Made by a program: the position numbers and the translations under genes. A stretch of DNA of 64,000 bases from Schmidtea polychroa (taxonomy: Eukaryota), in contig CM097885.1 of NCBI GenBank assembly GCA_044892525.1, positions 49,416,001-49,480,000 on the forward strand, read 5' to 3'. The notes below the pieces were generated by a model, which saw only the letters and a list, made by a program, of their open reading frames with translations, searched no databases and was not told the DNA's origin. Every line of letters starts with the position of its first letter. Position 1 is the stretch's first letter. Shown piece after piece: positions 59,895 to 64,000 of this stretch.

Positions 59895-62800
59895 TTAGAC
59901 CAGTCGTAATTGATTTATAATTATTTCTGCAGTAATGCTTTTTAACATTAATTTATGTGATTTAAAGTCTTCTGGTGTTAGTCCTTGGATATATTCAGGA
60001 TCAGTATTAAAATATTTAAGTTCTATAGGTTTTATATTTTGAACTTGATTATATAAAGGTTTAGGAATTAATATTTCAGGATATTGGATTTCTACTTTAG
60101 CAAGTTGAAGGTCTGTAATCTCTAGGTTATAAATTTCATTTATTTTATCAAGATTTTTTATTATAGGGATTAAATCATTTCCAATAGGTAATGTTGTCTT
60201 CAAGTCAGAAAGTATAAATCTTTTATCATCATAATTTGTTATAGCAATCTTGTTACACTCTTCAAGATATATATTATGTTTCTCTGATTTAAGATGATGG
60301 GTTTTAGCAATTTTATTTTTATAATTTATATTTAATGAATCTTTATACTCTTGATGTGTGAAGGTTTTTGACACTGATTTTTGAATTCCTTTACTTTTAT
60401 TTTCTTTATAGCTTTTCGGGTTTTCAGGGAATGAAGGATATTCAAATGTGTGATCTATTTCAACAGATCCTTCTCCCTCCCCTATTATAAATTTTATTGT
60501 ATGCTCTTTCATAATTGGTTTGTCTTTCATTTCAAGAGAATATTGTTTAGGTCTAATAAACACTCCTCCACTTATTGGAGTATTTGGTTTTTCATCTTTA
60601 AAAGTAAATAATTCTCCAGAGTTGTTTATTAATTTATTTAAGGTTTCGTTTTCACTTATTTCCTTTTTTAAATCTTTACTATGACCTTTTAAAAACATAC
60701 TATCAGTGTCCATAGCATGCATGGATATTCGATCTCCAAAATGTGGTACTAGAACATCATAGTAGGCTTCATACATTTGAAGCTTTGAAAGTTCTAAAAT
60801 TGAAAACCCTATAAAGATTGGTTTATTATAAGTTTTTACAGAGTTTTTAATCTCTATGGCTATAAGGTTACTAGAGAATATCTCGGCATTTTTAAATGTG
60901 GGCTTTCCAATTATCCGGTTGTACCTATTAAGGTCTTTTGATGTATTGGTCAAAAGCTCTACACGTGTGTACTTGTCTATATTCTCCATGGTCTTTCCAA
61001 AGACCGCATTGTTCAGGAGTTTGTAAATCATATCAAGAAATGCATTTCCAGCTCTCTTTGCTGCATTTCTTTTCAAAATATTTCCCTCTATGAATTTTTT
61101 CATAAAAGGGGCTTGTCGAAATTTAATAATGGAATGTACTTTTTTTAAAACCATTCCATGGGAGAGATAAAACTGAAGGAGTCTATAATGACAAAGGTAA
61201 TCAGTTTTATCGGTCTGATCGCATAAAAGTTTTATACAGGGCGATCTATCCTGAGCCATCTGCCAATCTGATAGTTCTTCAGGAGAGATCTTTCTTCTTA
61301 CAGGAGCAAATGGAAAATATCTAGTTCTGGATTTTATTTCATTGGGATATTCAAGATCGCATTCTATGACATATCCAAATTGAGAATCTTTTGGTGTTTT
61401 TAGAATTTCTTGTATTAATTCCTGAGTGGGTTCTTTCCAGGTGAACTTGCCAATTGGAAGGTATTGAGTCATTACTCCCGCATATAAAGCTGTTGCATCT
61501 ATATACATTATTTCAGAAGGATTAGAAAGACCTTCCATTATTTCCTTACGATCTTCTGGGTTTGTTATTTCTACATATAGAGCATTAGGATCTTTGAAAA
61601 ATTTAGGATAAAGAGTTGTAAAATTATTAGCATTTATTTCTCTATTCCCTTGTACTGAAGAAATACCTCCTCTAATATTATGTTTATATACATTAAACAT
61701 ATCAAGCTCAACTAATAATTCAATAGTTTTATTTCTTACTGCTACATCTTCATCAGTCCATATGGTATATAATAATATATCCCAAGCTAGAGAGGGAGCG
61801 GTTATATAATTATAAGGTTTTAATTCAAAAGCTTTTGAAAATGTCTCGAAGCAATCAGCTAAGATATAAACATCCAAGGAAAGATACATGTCAGTATATT
61901 CTCCAAGGTTTCTACAGTTGAATAGATTCAACATTTTAACTGCACGGGAATATTCCTGATCAGAAATCCCTGATTGTGTTAAAACAGAAAAGAAATCTTC
62001 TTGGGGTGGGAGTAATTCATTATATTTTTCAAAGGAGTCTATATAATCATATGGATAGATTCCTTTTGCTAGACAGGTATTATATTCCTCTAATGGAATA
62101 TTGTTTTTTAATAACACATGTTCTTTTGTATATTTAAAATCCTCAGGGTTCATAGTTTTAGCAATCCCATCCAAAGACATCCCTAAGAAATTTAACGAGT
62201 CCAAAAACTTAAAGCATCCATATTGAATGCTTTTATATTTTTCTTTTGTAAGTCCAATAACCTTGAAAGAGTTTTTAGCATTTGCGGCCAGATGCTTAAT
62301 GAATAGGTGAATATCATAGCCAAAAAGATTGTGAAATATAAATGGTATGTGTGTTGGTTTTTTACAATTGAGATTACATTTTTTATGGGCTGCTCCTCTG
62401 TAATTATTTTTTCTTTTAAAATGATCATGGTCTGCAACCTTTGGCTCCTCATCCTCAAACTCTTGTTTACACATCCAGCAGTGTGTTGCATTTTTATATT
62501 CTTCCTCTTGTTCTTCTGAAAAATTCATAGGAAAGTTGGATTTTAATATTATATATAATTCATGTTCTAGATTATTTAAAGTTTTAACAAAATGATCTAG
62601 AGTCTCTTTGTCAGAAGTTCCTCTAAATGAATATTCTCTAGATTCTACAAGTTCTGGATAATTACTTTTAAAAAACATTTTATAAGCAGAGGGTAATTGT
62701 TTTGTTAGTTTTACAGTATTAGTTTTTGTTCGTCTTAGTTTTACATTTATAGCTTCAAAATCACAATAAACCACTCCCAATGCTTCTAATAGATTGGAAT

Positions 62801-63956
62801 AGTTTTTAAACCTCATATTAGCATTTTTCTTGTGTGGCATTTTTATTAAAGCAGGTTGATTCTTACAACAGAGTCTCTCATGTTTAATAGCAGCAAGTTT
62901 TGAACTTGAATGATATAAACATCTTTTACAACATATGCCTCCACGAATGAGTGTGTTTCCTTTCATAAAACTTTGAAAATTCTTTATTAAGATATAATGA
63001 AGTTTTTTATCTAACATAGTGCCTCCGGACGCAGTGCTTTCTGCTTCTGGTTCTAATGAAATGCCTTCTTCTGCTTCTCTCCTCGGGTGAACGCTTTGAA
63101 CCTCTTCACCATATTCTTCTCCATCAAAGTCTTCATCTGGTTTACCTTCTTCTAATATTAAAAGATCTACTTCTCTCTTTTCATCTGAGATTTCCATGTT
63201 AGAAATGTAAATAGGAATAATGTGTTTATAATTTTTATTTTTTCTAGTTTTTGTAATTTTGGTTGGAATGAATTGATAAATATTAATTTTAAGATTATTT
63301 AATTTTTCAAATGCTGGAACATCTTCAATTTTCATTGGGTGGGAAAAATCTTTTGGATAAATTAATTCAGATTCATATTCTTCATATTTTTGAACTCTCT
63401 GTGGGTTAGTTGCTTGAGGATGTAAGTGTGCAAGTATTGACCATTGAAAACATTTATTATCTTTATTCTGTACATTTATAACATGGTTGGAGGTGAATGG
63501 TGTGTGAATAAAAGATTTAGGATTTGGTGGTGCGCCTCTCCAGTATTCAATCTCTATATTTTGAAAAGAGTGGAATCTTAAATTAGATTCTCCTAGTTCT
63601 TGTTCCACCTGTTCTTGTTTTTCTTCCAATTCTTTAGCTATATCATTAACAAGTTTATTTCCTGCTTTTGTAGAAAATAAATATTTATATGAGGTTTCAA
63701 TTTTTACATCTAGAGGCATTGCGATCGAATCATCTCCTCTCCAGTATTTTGCATTTCCTGTAAATTTAACTTTTATAACATTAAATCTTGATCTACCAAA
63801 TTTTTTTATAGCATCATCCATTGATGATATTATTTTTTTTTTATTTTCTCTTATATATTGCATGATTGATCTGGGTCCTCGTTTTACTTCTGCAATTACA
63901 TCGGTGTGATTGAAGTCATCCCAATTAAACTCTAGTTTTTCAGCTTTTTTAGTCAT
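59895..63956 (-). CDS. polB: Protein-primed family B DNA polymerase (1353 aa)
   Basis: YCDFEA, CWMC..DHDH..YRGAAH..CN, FHNLFGYD, YIDATALY, KLLNNAVFGKT, MDTDS and DDKR. Confidence 0.96.
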   Translation of the reverse strand: MTKKAEKLEFNWDDFNHTDVIAEVKRGPRSIMQYIRENKKKIISSMDDAIKKFGRSRFNVIKVKFTGNAKYWRGDDSIAMPLDVKIETSYKYLFSTKAGNKLVNDIAKELEEKQEQVEQELGESNLRFHSFQNIEIEYWRGAPPNPKSFIHTPFTSNHVINVQNKDNKCFQWSILAHLHPQATNPQRVQKYEEYESELIYPKDFSHPMKIEDVPAFEKLNNLKINIYQFIPTKITKTRKNKNYKHIIPIYISNMEISDEKREVDLLILEEGKPDEDFDGEEYGEEVQSVHPRREAEEGISLEPEAESTASGGTMLDKKLHYILIKNFQSFMKGNTLIRGGICCKRCLYHSSSKLAAIKHERLCCKNQPALIKMPHKKNANMRFKNYSNLLEALGVVYCDFEAINVKLRRTKTNTVKLTKQLPSAYKMFFKSNYPELVESREYSFRGTSDKETLDHFVKTLNNLEHELYIILKSNFPMNFSEEQEEEYKNATHCWMCKQEFEDEEPKVADHDHFKRKNNYRGAAHKKCNLNCKKPTHIPFIFHNLFGYDIHLFIKHLAANAKNSFKVIGLTKEKYKSIQYGCFKFLDSLNFLGMSLDGIAKTMNPEDFKYTKEHVLLKNNIPLEEYNTCLAKGIYPYDYIDSFEKYNELLPPQEDFFSVLTQSGISDQEYSRAVKMLNLFNCRNLGEYTDMYLSLDVYILADCFETFSKAFELKPYNYITAPSLAWDILLYTIWTDEDVAVRNKTIELLVELDMFNVYKHNIRGGISSVQGNREINANNFTTLYPKFFKDPNALYVEITNPEDRKEIMEGLSNPSEIMYIDATALYAGVMTQYLPIGKFTWKEPTQELIQEILKTPKDSQFGYVIECDLEYPNEIKSRTRYFPFAPVRRKISPEELSDWQMAQDRSPCIKLLCDQTDKTDYLCHYRLLQFYLSHGMVLKKVHSIIKFRQAPFMKKFIEGNILKRNAAKRAGNAFLDMIYKLLNNAVFGKTMENIDKYTRVELLTNTSKDLNRYNRIIGKPTFKNAEIFSSNLIAIEIKNSVKTYNKPIFIGFSILELSKLQMYEAYYDVLVPHFGDRISMHAMDTDSMFLKGHSKDLKKEISENETLNKLINNSGELFTFKDEKPNTPISGGVFIRPKQYSLEMKDKPIMKEHTIKFIIGEGEGSVEIDHTFEYPSFPENPKSYKENKSKGIQKSVSKTFTHQEYKDSLNINYKNKIAKTHHLKSEKHNIYLEECNKIAITNYDDKRFILSDLKTTLPIGNDLIPIIKNLDKINEIYNLEITDLQLAKVEIQYPEILIPKPLYNQVQNIKPIELKYFNTDPEYIQGLTPEDFKSHKLMLKSITAEIIINQLRLV

Positions 63957-64000
63957 TGAGTTTGAATTAGAATCTTTTGCTTCAAGACCACAATCTTCTA

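Larger units (their letters stand above)
49865..64000. mobile_element. Near-intact Polinton/adintovirus-like endogenous virus; the right end lies outside the window
   Basis: AGTAGT terminus at 49865 followed by densely packed open genes for MCP, integrase, ATPase, protease, penton and pPolB. Confidence 0.93.

Noticed and set aside
53623..62519. Short overlapping ORFs within the intact Polinton genes (53623, 54051, 54096, 54922, 57610, 62192, 62307)
   Set aside because: They are alternative-frame or antisense by-products with no recognisable features.

Overview
Very AT-rich eukaryotic genomic DNA. An invertebrate such as a planarian-type flatworm fits the composition and gene content, but this cannot be proven from the window. 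Host-type genes are few: an intronless rhodopsin-like GPCR and two U1-C (SNRPC)-type zinc-finger genes. The rest is a nest of mobile DNA with four Polinton/Maverick (adintovirus-like) loci. (1) A 6.9-kb non-autonomous element, 3962-10860, with AGTAG..CTACT ends and a 6-bp TSD, inserted in an LTR-like repeat. (2) A decayed pPolB at about 18.8-21.7 kb. (3) A decayed, rearranged element at about 33.9-45.8 kb that carries a TBP-like gene. (4) A near-intact element of a different lineage from 49865 to beyond the window end, with MCP, PLA2-integrase, ATPase, adenain, penton, fibre-like gene and pPolB. Also present are a Tigger/pogo transposon and hAT- and Merlin-type MITEs. The most novel signals are a regularly spaced array of three tRNA-like Pol III genes next to the terminus of the intact Polinton (echoed at the same relative position in the non-autonomous one, reminiscent of adenovirus VA RNAs), a Polinton-borne TBP homolog, a Zn-finger/PLA2/integrase fusion, and a diverged stand-alone copy of the pPolB C-terminus. 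All homology calls come from motif recognition by eye; no searches were run.
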